From an uncultured archaeon (GTDB lineage: Archaea; Micrarchaeota; Micrarchaeia; Anstonellales; Anstonellaceae), in the NCBI GenBank assembly GCA_902384555.1, contig CABMCD010000016.1, positions 4,504 to 68,503 on the forward strand: a stretch of DNA of 64,000 bases, written 5' to 3'. The position numbers and the translations under genes were made by a program. Below are positions 17,355-27,259 of the stretch, piece after piece (the first letter of the stretch is position 1; every line of letters starts with the position of its first letter). The notes beneath the pieces are model-generated. The model ran no database searches, was not told the origin of the DNA, and saw only the letters and a program-made list of their open reading frames with translations.

Positions 17355-18392
17355 TCAGGCCAGCACGCGGCTGGAATCCATTTCGGTCATCAGGAACGTG
17401 CCGACCTGAATGGGCTTTTCGGGAAGAGATTGCAGCGCGCGCAGAACCATGTCCAGCTTGATGAGCGTGGCGACAAGCGCCTGGGCATCCGAAATCGCGC
17501 CGGGGCGGACCGAAGAGAACTGCCGCAGGAGATGGGCGAGGCCGGCGGCCGCGTCGGCCGCGCCGTCCGACGAGATGGACCGGACATCCACCGAAAGCTT
17601 GGGCAGAAGCTCGCGGATGGACTTGGACAGCTCCGACGCCTGCGCCTGGCACCCGTGCTCATAGGGCGGGACGCCGGACTGGAGGCGGGCGTACAGTTCG
17701 GCGGCCGTGGAAGCCAGCTGCGAAAGCTGGCCGGCATTCTGGCTTTGGAAGAGGGTGAGGAACTCGACGGCCTGCCGCAGGTGGCGGACGTCCACCACAT
17801 AGGAATTCGAGAACTGGTTGCCCAGCCAGAGGATGTTTTCGACGTTTTCTTCGTTCACGCCATCGAGAGCGGCGCGCAGGCCAACCATGCCGGCGATTTG
17901 CTGCTTGAGAATGTCCAGATGCTTCTCCTGCTCATGCGGGCCGACGTGCGGCGAAGCCAGGAGTTCGAGCGAGGAGAGCAGGCCGCTCACCACGGTGCGC
18001 GTGTGGTGGGCAAGCGCCTGCGCGGCGTCATGCTCGCCATCACCGGGCCGCTGTCCGGCGCTGCCGCAATTCCCCAGCTTCTCGCGCAGCTTCGTGTCCA
18101 TGAAGGTGAACTTCTCTTGAAGCTGGAGGCGGATTTGCTGGATTTCTTCCTTGGTTTTGGGCGGGTCGGCGAACACGAGGTCAGCCGCCGCCTCGGACAT
18201 GATTTTGAGGTGGGTGCGCACCGTGGCGGAATTGCCTTTGAGATATTGGACGGCTTTGGCCGAGTAGGCCGAGGTCTTTTTGGAGATAATGGATTCGGCC
18301 CCGGTAGTGGCCGACGCGCCCCCCTCCAAACCCAGCGTGCGCTGGGAAGTGGGCATGGGTTTTACGCCGGTCTGGATTGGATTGGGAGCCAT
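17355..18392 (-). CDS. Hypothetical all-helical cytoplasmic protein upstream of ftsZ
   Basis: The ATG at 18392 is 32 nt downstream of the palindromic TATA TTTATAAA. There is no TM helix and no recognisable domain. Confidence 0.45.
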   Translation of the reverse strand: MAPNPIQTGVKPMPTSQRTLGLEGGASATTGAESIISKKTSAYSAKAVQYLKGNSATVRTHLKIMSEAAADLVFADPPKTKEEIQQIRLQLQEKFTFMDTKLREKLGNCGSAGQRPGDGEHDAAQALAHHTRTVVSGLLSSLELLASPHVGPHEQEKHLDILKQQIAGMVGLRAALDGVNEENVENILWLGNQFSNSYVVDVRHLRQAVEFLTLFQSQNAGQLSQLASTAAELYARLQSGVPPYEHGCQAQASELSKSIRELLPKLSVDVRSISSDGAADAAAGLAHLLRQFSSVRPGAISDAQALVATLIKLDMVLRALQSLPEKPIQVGTFLMTEMDSSRVLA

Positions 18393-18423
18393 GTGAATAC
18401 AGTCCCTATTTGACGCCCATACT

Positions 18424-18431
18424 TTATAAAT
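18424..18431. promoter_or_regulatory. Perfect palindromic TATA box TTTATAAA
   Basis: It is about 32 nt upstream of the minus-strand ATG at 18392. Confidence 0.45.
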
Positions 18432-18507
18432 AATACCACTAATAACCACAAATCACAAGGAATCCCGAAATCCACCTCGATGAACGTCGGAGCCACGGCG
18501 GGGCACC

Positions 18508-18517
18508 TATATAAACC
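18508..18517 (+). promoter_or_regulatory. TATA box CTATATAAAC for pyrD
   Basis: It is about 30 nt upstream of the pyrD ATG at 18547. GAGG lies 5 nt before the ATG. Confidence 0.4.
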
Positions 18518-18546
18518 CCCTTTGCCCAATAGCAAATACGAGGCTT

Positions 18547-19470
18547 ATGACGGACTTGTCCACTACCCTCGCCGGCGTGAAATTGAACAACCCCCTAGTG
18601 CTCGCCTCGGGCGTGCGGGGCAACAACGCCGGCCTGCTCATTCGCGCGGCCATGGAGGGAGCCGGCGCCGTCACGTCCAAATCCTGCTCCCTGCAGCCCC
18701 GCGAGGGGCATCCCAACCCCACCATGATGCAGAAAGGGGACTTCATGCTCAATGCCATTGGATTGTCGAATCCGGGCGTAGAAGACGAAATCGGCGAGAT
18801 AAAAGAAGCCGTGGCACATGCCGGCGTGCCGGTGATTGCCTCCGTCTATGGCGGCAGCGCGCCGGATTTCGAGAAAACGGCCGAAATGATTGCGCAGGCC
18901 AAGCCGGCCATCATCGAGCTGGACGCCTCCTGCCCCAACGTGCACCGCGAGGGGGAGATGTTCTCCTCCAGTGCCCAGAGCGCCAGCGGACTGGCGCGGG
19001 CGGTGAAAACCAGGCTCAAGGCGCAGGCCAAAACCGCTTCTATTCCACTCTTCATCAAGCTCGCGCCCAACGTGCCCGACATCGGCCAAATCGCGCTCGA
19101 GTGCCAGAAGGCCGGGGCGGACGGCATCACGGCCATCAACACCATGCCGGCGATGTGGATTGACGTGCGGGCGCGCAAGCCCGTGCTGGCCAACCAGTAC
19201 GGCGGGCTCTCGGGCCCGGCGCTGCTGCCCATTGCGCTGCGCTGCGTGCACGCCATTCGCAAGAAATGCAGCCTGCCCATCATCGGCGGGGGCGGCGTGA
19301 ATTCGGGCGAGGACGCGGCCGCCATGCTGATGGCCGGCGCGAATGCGGTCTCGATTGGCTCGGCTGTTTATTACAGAAGGAATGCGTTCGGCGAAATCAG
19401 GGCCGAGCTGCAAGAGTTTATGCAAGAGGAAGGGTTTGCGAGAGTTTCAGACATCCGCCTTGAGGAATGA
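18547..19470 (+). CDS. pyrD: Dihydroorotate dehydrogenase, catalytic subunit (class 1B)
   Basis: TIM-barrel DHOD motifs: NPLVLASG, IKLAPN, GADGITAINT, SGPALLP, IIGGGGV. Confidence 0.9.
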   Translation: MTDLSTTLAGVKLNNPLVLASGVRGNNAGLLIRAAMEGAGAVTSKSCSLQPREGHPNPTMMQKGDFMLNAIGLSNPGVEDEIGEIKEAVAHAGVPVIASVYGGSAPDFEKTAEMIAQAKPAIIELDASCPNVHREGEMFSSSAQSASGLARAVKTRLKAQAKTASIPLFIKLAPNVPDIGQIALECQKAGADGITAINTMPAMWIDVRARKPVLANQYGGLSGPALLPIALRCVHAIRKKCSLPIIGGGGVNSGEDAAAMLMAGANAVSIGSAVYYRRNAFGEIRAELQEFMQEEGFARVSDIRLEE

Positions 19471-19474
19471 AAGG

Positions 19475-20380
19475 ATGAAAACAAGCGCCAAAAAGACAAA
19501 AGAAAAAAAGAGGGAAGCTCGGCCCGAGCCCCGGCAGATGGAAAACGCGGCCCTCGAGAGCGCCGATGCCCTTGGTTTCGATGCCTCGCTCCTGCTCCGC
19601 TCTTCGGTTTCGTCCTCGCTTCCCATCCGCGCCAAGGTGGTGAAAAAAGAGGAGGAAAACGACTTGGTTTCTCTTCTTACGCTGGACGTGCAGATGCCCA
19701 ATGCCATGCCGGGGCAGTTCGTGATGGCGTGGCGGCCGGGCATGGACGAGAAGCCCATGAGCGTGGCCGAAGTGAAACCGTCCTTGCAGCTGGCCATTGC
19801 GCGCGCGGGGCCCTGCTCCGAGCGGCTGGCAGACGCCAAAGTGGGCGACACCATCTATGTGCGCGGGCCGCTGGGCAAGCCCTTCTGGCCGGTCGGCAGG
19901 AAATGGCTCATGGTCGGCGGCGGATATGGGTTTGCGCCCCTGCGCTATCTGGCCCGCGTGGGCATGGAAAACGGCATTGAAGTGGAATCCGTCTGCGGCG
20001 CGAGAAACAAGGGCCTGCTGATGAGGCCCGGCCCGGGCAAGAACCATGTTACGACCGATGATGGAAGCGAGGGAAAGAAAGGAAACGTGATGGCGGTCCT
20101 CCAGCCGCTTCTCTCCTCCCAGAAGTTTGATTGTGTTTATTCCTGCGGGCCTGAGCGCATGATGAAGGCCGTGGCGGAAGTGTGCAAAAAGCACGGCGTG
20201 AAATCGCAGCTTTCGGTGGAGCGCTACATGAAGTGCGGCATCGGCGTGTGCGGCCACTGCGCCATGGGCGGCTGGCTGTCCTGCGTGGACGGGCCGAGCA
20301 TTGATGGCGAAGAGGCGCTGGCAAACCCGGCATTCGGCGTGTATCACACCGATAGGGCCGGGCGGAAAATCAAATACTGA
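19475..20380 (+). CDS. pyrK: Dihydroorotate dehydrogenase electron-transfer subunit (FAD / 2Fe-2S)
   Basis: C-terminal cluster CGIGVCGHCAMGGWLSCVDGP. The Lys-rich N-terminal extension is unusual. The ATG follows the pyrD stop by 4 nt. Confidence 0.8.
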   Translation: MKTSAKKTKEKKREARPEPRQMENAALESADALGFDASLLLRSSVSSSLPIRAKVVKKEEENDLVSLLTLDVQMPNAMPGQFVMAWRPGMDEKPMSVAEVKPSLQLAIARAGPCSERLADAKVGDTIYVRGPLGKPFWPVGRKWLMVGGGYGFAPLRYLARVGMENGIEVESVCGARNKGLLMRPGPGKNHVTTDDGSEGKKGNVMAVLQPLLSSQKFDCVYSCGPERMMKAVAEVCKKHGVKSQLSVERYMKCGIGVCGHCAMGGWLSCVDGPSIDGEEALANPAFGVYHTDRAGRKIKY

Positions 20381-20401
20381 CAAGGACGAGGTTGATTCAA
20401 C

Positions 20402-21763
20402 ATGTTCATTCGCTCTAAACGCGTATTTATTGACGGAAAACTCAAGCCCGCCTGCATCTCCATCCACTCCGGGCACATCGGCGAAATCCACTCCTACACC
20501 TATATGGCGAGCGAAGCGCTCGATGCCGGCAACTGGATGATTCTGCCCGGCGCCATTGACGTGCACACCCACATGCGCGAGCCGGAAGCCGTGCAGAAGG
20601 AGGATTTCTACTCCGGCTCGGCCGCCGCCTTGGCGGGGGGCGTCACCACCTACTTTGACATGCCCTGCTATCAGGCCCCGCCCACCACCACGGTGGGGGC
20701 GCTCTCTGAAAAAGAGCGCCTGGCGGCCGCCAAGAGCGTGGCCGACTACGGCTTCCACTTGGGCGCCACCAACGAGAACGGCGACTTGATTCGCCGCCTC
20801 CAGCCGCCCTCGGTGAAGGCGTTCCTGTCCGACACCCACTCCATTTTGAGCCTCACGCCCTCGGGTTTTGAGCGCCACTGCTCCGGCCTCGACAAGGCCA
20901 AGCCGCTGGTGGTGCACTGCGAGGACCGCGTGATGGCCGAGAAGCGCGCGGCGCAGTACAAGACGCACGAGCAGATCCGCTCGCCCGAAGTGGCGCTCTC
21001 GTCGGTGAAGTTCGCGGCCGCGCTTGGAAAGAAATACAAGCGGCGCATGCACTTCTGCCACCTTACCACGGCGGCCGAAATCAAGGCGGCCAAGGCAGGC
21101 AGCGGATTCATACCCGTGCTGGACAAGAAAAAGAAGGGCGCGCCCCTGCACACCGTGGAAGTGACGCCCCACCACCTCTTCCTCTCGGACGCCGATTTGG
21201 AGCGGCTGAAAGGATGGGGCATGGTCAATCCCCCCTTGCGCGAGCGCAAGGAGGTGGCGAAATTGTGGAAATCGCTCAAACAGGTGGACATGATTGCCTC
21301 CGACCACGCGCCCCATCTGCCGGCCGACAAGGAGGCGGGCGCGGCCGGTTTCCCCGGCGTGCAGACCATGGTGCCGCTGATGCTGCATGCGGTGCTGGGC
21401 GGCAAGCTCAAGCTGGAGGAGGCGGTGCGCCTCTTCTCGCGCGGGCCGGCCGAGGCCTTCACCCTGCAGCGCAAAGGAAGGATTGCGCCCGGCTACGACG
21501 CCGACTTCATCATTTTCAACCCGCAGGAGAACTGGAACGTCAATCTGAACGATTTGCACTCCAAGGCCGGCTGGTCGCCCTACGAGGGCTGGAAGCTGAG
21601 GGGCAAAATCATCGGCGTTTTCCTGCGCGGCGAGCAGGCCGTATGGGACGGCGAGATGCAGGTGCGGGCCGGATTCGGAAAGCCGGTGCAGCGCCTGCCC
21701 ATGATTGGGACGGAACGCCTCGACTTGAGAAAGCACGCCAAAGAGCGCTACTCGCTGCAGTAA
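20402..21763 (+). CDS. pyrC: Dihydroorotase-type cyclic amidohydrolase
   Basis: Metal-binding motif DVHTHMREP and the amidohydrolase fold. It is adjacent to pyrD and pyrK. Allantoinase or hydantoinase cannot be excluded. Confidence 0.6.
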   Translation: MFIRSKRVFIDGKLKPACISIHSGHIGEIHSYTYMASEALDAGNWMILPGAIDVHTHMREPEAVQKEDFYSGSAAALAGGVTTYFDMPCYQAPPTTTVGALSEKERLAAAKSVADYGFHLGATNENGDLIRRLQPPSVKAFLSDTHSILSLTPSGFERHCSGLDKAKPLVVHCEDRVMAEKRAAQYKTHEQIRSPEVALSSVKFAAALGKKYKRRMHFCHLTTAAEIKAAKAGSGFIPVLDKKKKGAPLHTVEVTPHHLFLSDADLERLKGWGMVNPPLRERKEVAKLWKSLKQVDMIASDHAPHLPADKEAGAAGFPGVQTMVPLMLHAVLGGKLKLEEAVRLFSRGPAEAFTLQRKGRIAPGYDADFIIFNPQENWNVNLNDLHSKAGWSPYEGWKLRGKIIGVFLRGEQAVWDGEMQVRAGFGKPVQRLPMIGTERLDLRKHAKERYSLQ

Positions 21764-21801
21764 AGACTGGAGGAAAAGTCCGTCTTCTTCTTTTCATTTT
21801 T

Positions 21802-22224
21802 CTAATTCAGCACCAGCGTGACGTTGGGCGCGTCGGGGCTGGTGGGGCCGTAGACGTCGATAATATAGGTGCCCCCGGCCTGCACGCGCTCGAGGCCCGA
21901 GCCGTTGACCGGGAAGTAGGTGGGCTGGACCAAATCCATCGGCCCGATGGCCGTGTTGATATGGACCGTGATTTCATGCCCCGTGGCATTGAGCGTCACG
22001 CCATTGGGCATTTCCACCTGCGTGCGCAGGGCCGCGCCGGGGCCCAAGGAGCCTACGGAATTGACGGCCGCCGCCAGACGCGAGGCCGAGGCCGTGGCCA
22101 TGGTCATTGCCAGCTGCTCCGGCTGCTGGGCGGCATTCCAGGCCAGCACCAAAAGGAAGGGCAGCACGGCGGCCGAGAGCACGGCCATAATCAGCAGGTA
22201 TTCGGAAGAGGCCTGGGCGCGCAT
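21802..22224 (-). CDS. Type IV pilin-like protein (lone)
   Basis: N-terminus MRAQASSEYLLIMAVLSAAVLPFLLVL is a class III signal peptide. N-x-T sequons present. Confidence 0.6.
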   Translation of the reverse strand: MRAQASSEYLLIMAVLSAAVLPFLLVLAWNAAQQPEQLAMTMATASASRLAAAVNSVGSLGPGAALRTQVEMPNGVTLNATGHEITVHINTAIGPMDLVQPTYFPVNGSGLERVQAGGTYIIDVYGPTSPDAPNVTLVLN

Positions 22225-22319
22225 GAGCGGGCATTGAGATTGAGGGATTAAAAAGATAGAGGGAAGAGGGGAGGAAAAAGAGAAAAGGAGACGGACGCTC
22301 GTTGGGGGAAGAAGCGGGC

Positions 22320-23390
22320 TTAGAAGCGCTTGTTCTTTCTGCCAGCCATGCCCGTCTTCTTGTGCTTGAGCGCCTGGGTGCGCAATTCGTCCAGCACCGC
22401 GCTCACCGCATTGACCAGGTCATAGTCCGAAGCCGAGGCCAGCAGGGGGACTTCGCCGTGCACGTGCGCGTGCACCGAATACTCCTTGCCCGTCTTCTTG
22501 ACGTGAATGGCCAGCGACTCGGCGCCGATGGAGGAGCCCACCTTGGCCAGCATGGACTGGCCGGCTTCCACCACGTCCTGCGCGGCCGCCCGCTCCAAAT
22601 CATGCAGGCCGGAGACCTGCACGGAGGCGTTCTCGTGGTGGTAGAGGGCGGACTCGAAAATGTCCTTGGCGGTGATGATGCCGACCGGGCGCAGGCCTTC
22701 GGTGACGATGAGGGCCGCCACCTGCTTGTCCAGCATCTTTTCCACCGCCTCCACCAGGCTGGCGGAAGGCTCGATGGTTTCCACGCGCTCCTTCATGAAG
22801 GAGGAGACGCGGGCGTGCAGGCCGGTCGCATTGGTCTTGAGCTGGGGCCGGCGCTCCTTGGGGCCGGTCTTGGCCTTGAGCAAATCATAGACCGAGAGCA
22901 GGCCGACCAGATGCCCGTTGGAGAGCACCGCAAGGCGGCGCACGCTGGCCTGTTTCATGGTGGCGTCGGCCACCGCCAGCGGCGCGTTGGCGTCGATGGT
23001 GAGAATGGGGCTGGCCATATGCGCGCCCACCGTGTGGCCGGCCAGCAGGCCCTCCTCGCGCATGGCCTGCATCACTTCCCAGCGCGTGGCCACGCCGGAC
23101 AGGCGCGAGCCCTCCATGACGGGCAGCGTCTTGAAGTGGCCGGAGAAGAAGGCCTTGCAGGCGTCGATGGCCGAGATGTTGGGCTCCAGCACCGGCGTGC
23201 GCAGGGCGGCGGCCTTGCAGCGCGTGGTGGAGGCGTCGCCGGCCGATGAGCGCAGGGTGCGCTCCTCGATGACGCCCAAATACTTCTTGTTGTCAAACAC
23301 CAGCACGCCCACCCCGTGCTTCTCGACAAGGGAGAGTGCCTTGGAGAGGGGGTCGGATGCCTGAACCTGAACTGCGGATGCCAAACGCAT
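22320..23390 (-). CDS. CBS-domain protein (two CBS pairs)
   Basis: Four repeats of the CBS pattern (hydrophobic-x-V-x-D/E...G-I-I/V-T-x-x-D). Confidence 0.7.
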   Translation of the reverse strand: MRLASAVQVQASDPLSKALSLVEKHGVGVLVFDNKKYLGVIEERTLRSSAGDASTTRCKAAALRTPVLEPNISAIDACKAFFSGHFKTLPVMEGSRLSGVATRWEVMQAMREEGLLAGHTVGAHMASPILTIDANAPLAVADATMKQASVRRLAVLSNGHLVGLLSVYDLLKAKTGPKERRPQLKTNATGLHARVSSFMKERVETIEPSASLVEAVEKMLDKQVAALIVTEGLRPVGIITAKDIFESALYHHENASVQVSGLHDLERAAAQDVVEAGQSMLAKVGSSIGAESLAIHVKKTGKEYSVHAHVHGEVPLLASASDYDLVNAVSAVLDELRTQALKHKKTGMAGRKNKRF

Positions 23391-23476
23391 GAATATCGCC
23401 TCGAAGCAAGAAAGAAGGCGGAGGTTTATGAAGGCTTTGGGTGGCGGGAAAAGGGAGGGGAGGGCCGGCGTTGAAT

Positions 23477-25462
23477 TTACATTTTCTCCAGCTTGGGCAG
23501 CCCCAAAATGTCCATGCCCCTTCCAATCAGGGCGCGGGCGGCCGCCACCTCCGCCAGACGCGCGGCCTTCTGCGCGGGTGAAACCTCGTCGGAGAGGACC
23601 GGCGTGGTGGTGTAGAATTCGTTGAACTTGCCGGCTGCTTCCAGCGTGAAATCCGCAATCGGGTGGATCTGGTGCTTGGACGCCGAGGCCTCGAGGATTT
23701 GAGGCCAGCGCATCAGCAAGCGCGCGAGCGCCAGCTCTTTTTCATTGAGCGCATAGTCCGCGCCCGGGGCGGAGGGCGCGAGGCCGGCCTCCTGGCCTTT
23801 TTCCAGGATGCGGCTGGCGCGGGCGTAGGCATACTGGACGTAGGGGCCCGAATCGCCGGAGAAGGAGAGGGCGCGCTCGTAGTCGAAGGTGATTTTCTGT
23901 CCCGCGTTTGGGCGCAGGAACCAGAAGCGAATCGCGGCCACCGCGACCGCCTTGGAAATGGACTGCTTTTCCGCGTCCGAATACTCGGCCTTGATTTGCT
24001 CCAGCGCCAGGCGGTTCATCTCGTCCAGCAGCTCGTCGGCCGTGAAACCCAATGAGGAGGGCAGACCTCCCGCGCTGGCGGGCCCGCTGTCGCCCGCGCC
24101 TTGCGCGGACTTGGACATCCAAGTGCCCTTTCTTCCCGAAAAGCGGCCTTCCGGCAGGACCACGTGCTCGTAGGCCAGATGGATGCAGGCGCTGGCTTCC
24201 TCTTCGTGCCCCATCTTGCGCATGACGGCCGCAATCACCTTCTGCGGATAGGCCTGCTCGGCTCCGATGACGTTGATGACCGTCTGCGCGCGGGCAAAGG
24301 GCATGGGATAGGAGGAAACGGGTTGGTGCGAGGGGGCCGGGCCTTCGCCCTGCTTTTTGGAATTGGAACTCATGTAAGCCGTCTGCCGGTTCGGCTGCAC
24401 CAGAAGGGGAGAATAGACAAAGGTGTCGTTGAGCAGGCCGAACTTCCACATCTGAAACGCCACGTCCTTGCCGGTGTAGGTGGCGGTGCCGTCCGAGCGG
24501 ATGAGGATTTTGTCGGCATTCTCCATGCCCTCGAAGCCCGGCTCGCCCTGCAGCTTGACCACGAGGCAGTGGGCGTTCTTGCCTTCGGTTTCCATCACGG
24601 CCGCACCGGAGGCCTTGATTTTCTCCAGGCCTTCCTGGAAGACCGTGCGCACGATGTCGGACTCGAAAATCAGCACGTCGTGGTAGATGCCGTAGGAGAA
24701 CGCGGTTTCGTACTGGGCTTTGACGCAATTCTCGACCAGCGCGCGCGCCTGCGAGGCGATGGGTTCGCGGCCCTCCTCCATCTGCTTGACGATGGCGCGC
24801 ACTTCGTTGTCCACGTGCGCCTTATCGATTTGGCCGGCCACCCAGACGTATTTGCGGCCCAGCACATGGTCGAATTTTTGCGAGAAGGGGGAGGACGAGG
24901 CGGCGGTATCGGCGCCCGAATTCTTCTGCATCTCGCCCCACACCGACTGCGCCACCTGCAGGCCCAAATCGTCGATATAGTCCATGCGCTCGGTGGTGCG
25001 GCCGGCCGCCGAGAGCAGGCGGGCCAGACTGTCGCCCAAGACGGCGTTGCGCAAATGGCCCACATGCCAGGGCTTGTTGGGGTTGACGGAGGGGAACTCG
25101 ATGAGGGCCTTGAGCGGCAGGTTGGGCAGCAGGCCCCAGCGCGCATCGGAAATGGAGGAATGGACGAGAGCGGACCAGAAAGAGGATGAAAAATGGAAAT
25201 TGAGGTAGGGCCCCACGGCTTCGGCCTTTTGCACGAAAGAGGGCCATTCTTTCTTTGCCGCCCACTCGGCCGCGAGTTTGGCAGGTGCGGTTTTCTGTTG
25301 CTTGGCCTCGCTGAAAGCCAGGTTGGAGCACCAGTCGCAAACGGGCGTGGAGGGGGGAAGCAGGGAATGCGAAGCGGTTTCAAGGCTTACGCCTGCGCAT
25401 TTGGCGAGCGCTTGGGCCAATTCGGCCTGCCAGTCCGAAGATTGTGACGACATAAGCCTCAT
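23477..25462 (-). CDS. argS: Arginyl-tRNA synthetase
   Basis: Motif NPNKPWHVGHLRNAVLGDSLARLL and a C-terminal DALR-type anticodon-binding domain. Length 661 aa. Confidence 0.85.
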   Translation of the reverse strand: MRLMSSQSSDWQAELAQALAKCAGVSLETASHSLLPPSTPVCDWCSNLAFSEAKQQKTAPAKLAAEWAAKKEWPSFVQKAEAVGPYLNFHFSSSFWSALVHSSISDARWGLLPNLPLKALIEFPSVNPNKPWHVGHLRNAVLGDSLARLLSAAGRTTERMDYIDDLGLQVAQSVWGEMQKNSGADTAASSSPFSQKFDHVLGRKYVWVAGQIDKAHVDNEVRAIVKQMEEGREPIASQARALVENCVKAQYETAFSYGIYHDVLIFESDIVRTVFQEGLEKIKASGAAVMETEGKNAHCLVVKLQGEPGFEGMENADKILIRSDGTATYTGKDVAFQMWKFGLLNDTFVYSPLLVQPNRQTAYMSSNSKKQGEGPAPSHQPVSSYPMPFARAQTVINVIGAEQAYPQKVIAAVMRKMGHEEEASACIHLAYEHVVLPEGRFSGRKGTWMSKSAQGAGDSGPASAGGLPSSLGFTADELLDEMNRLALEQIKAEYSDAEKQSISKAVAVAAIRFWFLRPNAGQKITFDYERALSFSGDSGPYVQYAYARASRILEKGQEAGLAPSAPGADYALNEKELALARLLMRWPQILEASASKHQIHPIADFTLEAAGKFNEFYTTTPVLSDEVSPAQKAARLAEVAAARALIGRGMDILGLPKLEKM

Positions 25463-25507
25463 TTTTCATGCCCATCTTTATATCTGCTCGCGCCTCAATG
25501 GCCTAAT

Positions 25508-26017
25508 ATGAGCATGAACAGCGCCCTGCGCGAGCGCCTGGCCCAGCCGTTCGGGCCGGTGATGGAATTTTCACAGGCCTCCGACCGGCTGGTGAGCCGC
25601 CGGCCCGCGGCCGTGGCGGCAGTGGGCGACCAGGTGGTGCTCAACCTGCTGCGGGCCGCTCTCAAGCCCGACATGGCCATTGTGGATTTGAAATGCCAGC
25701 GCCAGCCTATTCCCCGCGAATGGGAGCGCGAGATGAGGCAGGCGGCCGGGCGGGGCATGGACCACGCGGTGCCCAATCCGCCCGGCACGGTGCATCCGCG
25801 CATGGAAGAAGCCGTTCGCCAGCTCTTGGCGGACGGGTCGGGCTGGCTGCTGATTGAGGGCGAGGACGACTTGGCCTCGTTGGTGATTATGGCTTATGCG
25901 CGCATCGGCACGCTCCTGCTCTACGGCCAGCCGCAGCAGGGAGTGGTGTGGGTGGAAATCGACCAGACCACGCAGGACATGGCGCGCGAGCTGCTGGAAA
26001 AAATAAAGCGGCGCTGA
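25508..26017 (+). CDS. DUF359-family protein (GTP-dependent dephospho-CoA kinase type)
   Basis: About 170 aa with VGDxVxxNLL and EGEDDLA motifs remembered from archaeal DUF359/DPCK. Homology asserted from memory only. Confidence 0.45.
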   Translation: MSMNSALRERLAQPFGPVMEFSQASDRLVSRRPAAVAAVGDQVVLNLLRAALKPDMAIVDLKCQRQPIPREWEREMRQAAGRGMDHAVPNPPGTVHPRMEEAVRQLLADGSGWLLIEGEDDLASLVIMAYARIGTLLLYGQPQQGVVWVEIDQTTQDMARELLEKIKRR

Positions 26018-26031
26018 GAAAGAAACTCGAT

Positions 26032-27255
26032 TTACTCGAATCTCAGCGCTTCCACCGGAGTGAGCCGCGAGGCGTTGCGGGCCGGAATGAAACCCGAGCC
26101 CAGCCCCAGCAGGGTGGAGAACAGGCAGGCCCCGAACACCAGTTCGGGCGAGACGATGGGCGTGAGCAAACCGGTGGCTGAAATGCCGGTTGATACCAGC
26201 ACGCCGATGAGCGCGCCAATCAGCCCGCCGCCCAAGCCCAGCAGCGCGCTCTCGATGAGGAAGAGGCGCAGAATCACCGATTCGGAGGCGCCGATGGCCT
26301 TGAGGGTGCCGATTTCGCGGGTGCGCTCCAGCACCGTCATGAACATGGTGTTGGCCACGTTGACGCCGCCCACCAGGAGCGAGATGGAGGCCACGAAACC
26401 CAAGAAGAGGGTGACGGCGCCCAGAATCATGTCCATCTGCCCGCGGATGAAATCGGCGGTGATGAAGGAGAAGTCCTTGTCGTCCGCCGAGATGTGGTGG
26501 GCGGAGAGCAGCTCGGCCTCGCACTGGCCCAGCACGTCGTGGAAATCGAAGCTGGGCAGCACGCGGAAGAGGATGGCCGAGACCTCGCCCTTGGCGAGCG
26601 TGTGGCCGGCCAGAGCGCGCGCGTCCTCGAGGGGGATGTAGAAGGCGAGGTCGGTGTCGGAGTCGCCCTTTCGCTCCAGCACGCCAATCACCCGATACGG
26701 CGTCTGCTCGGCCCCCAGATAGACGACCGAGCCCACGGCCATGGGCTGCTTGAAGACGGAGGTGTCGGCATAGTTGCTGCCGATGATGACCACGCGCCGG
26801 TCGGCCTCGGTGAGGTAGCGGCCCGAGCTGAGCGTCACATCGAACATTTCGGAATAGTCCACCGCCTCGATGCCGCTGACGGATGCGGAGATGGACTGGT
26901 TCTTGAACACGATGGAGGGGCGCAGCATCACCATGCGCGAAATCTTTTCCACCCCGGGGATGCGCTCGAGGCGCTTGGCGTCGTTGTCGTAGAGCTTGCC
27001 GGCGTCGGCGCCCGCCCCGGCGGAGGAGAAGCTGCCGCCGCCCTTGCTCACGTCGCCGGGAATGACGATGACGGTGCGCGAGCCGAACGCGTCCAGCGAC
27101 TTGGTCACCGAGGCCTGCAGGCCGGCGGAAATGGCGATGAGCGAGACGATGGCCGCGATGCCGATGACGATGCCCAGCACCGTGAGCCAGGAGCGCATCG
27201 AGCGGTGCTTGAGGGAGGTGAAGGAATAATCCAGCAGGTCGAGGGAGGAGGCCAT
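26032..27255 (-). CDS. ABC transporter permease, FtsX/MacB family
   Basis: N-terminal TM helix, a large extracytoplasmic domain, and a C-terminal three-TM FtsX core. Confidence 0.8.
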   Translation of the reverse strand: MASSLDLLDYSFTSLKHRSMRSWLTVLGIVIGIAAIVSLIAISAGLQASVTKSLDAFGSRTVIVIPGDVSKGGGSFSSAGAGADAGKLYDNDAKRLERIPGVEKISRMVMLRPSIVFKNQSISASVSGIEAVDYSEMFDVTLSSGRYLTEADRRVVIIGSNYADTSVFKQPMAVGSVVYLGAEQTPYRVIGVLERKGDSDTDLAFYIPLEDARALAGHTLAKGEVSAILFRVLPSFDFHDVLGQCEAELLSAHHISADDKDFSFITADFIRGQMDMILGAVTLFLGFVASISLLVGGVNVANTMFMTVLERTREIGTLKAIGASESVILRLFLIESALLGLGGGLIGALIGVLVSTGISATGLLTPIVSPELVFGACLFSTLLGLGSGFIPARNASRLTPVEALRFE

Positions 27256-27259
27256 GATA

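Noticed and set aside
25571-26524. 317-aa minus-strand ORF spanning the DUF359 gene and the permease 3' end
   Set aside because: Overlaps two well-supported genes. Composition is GC-artefact-like.
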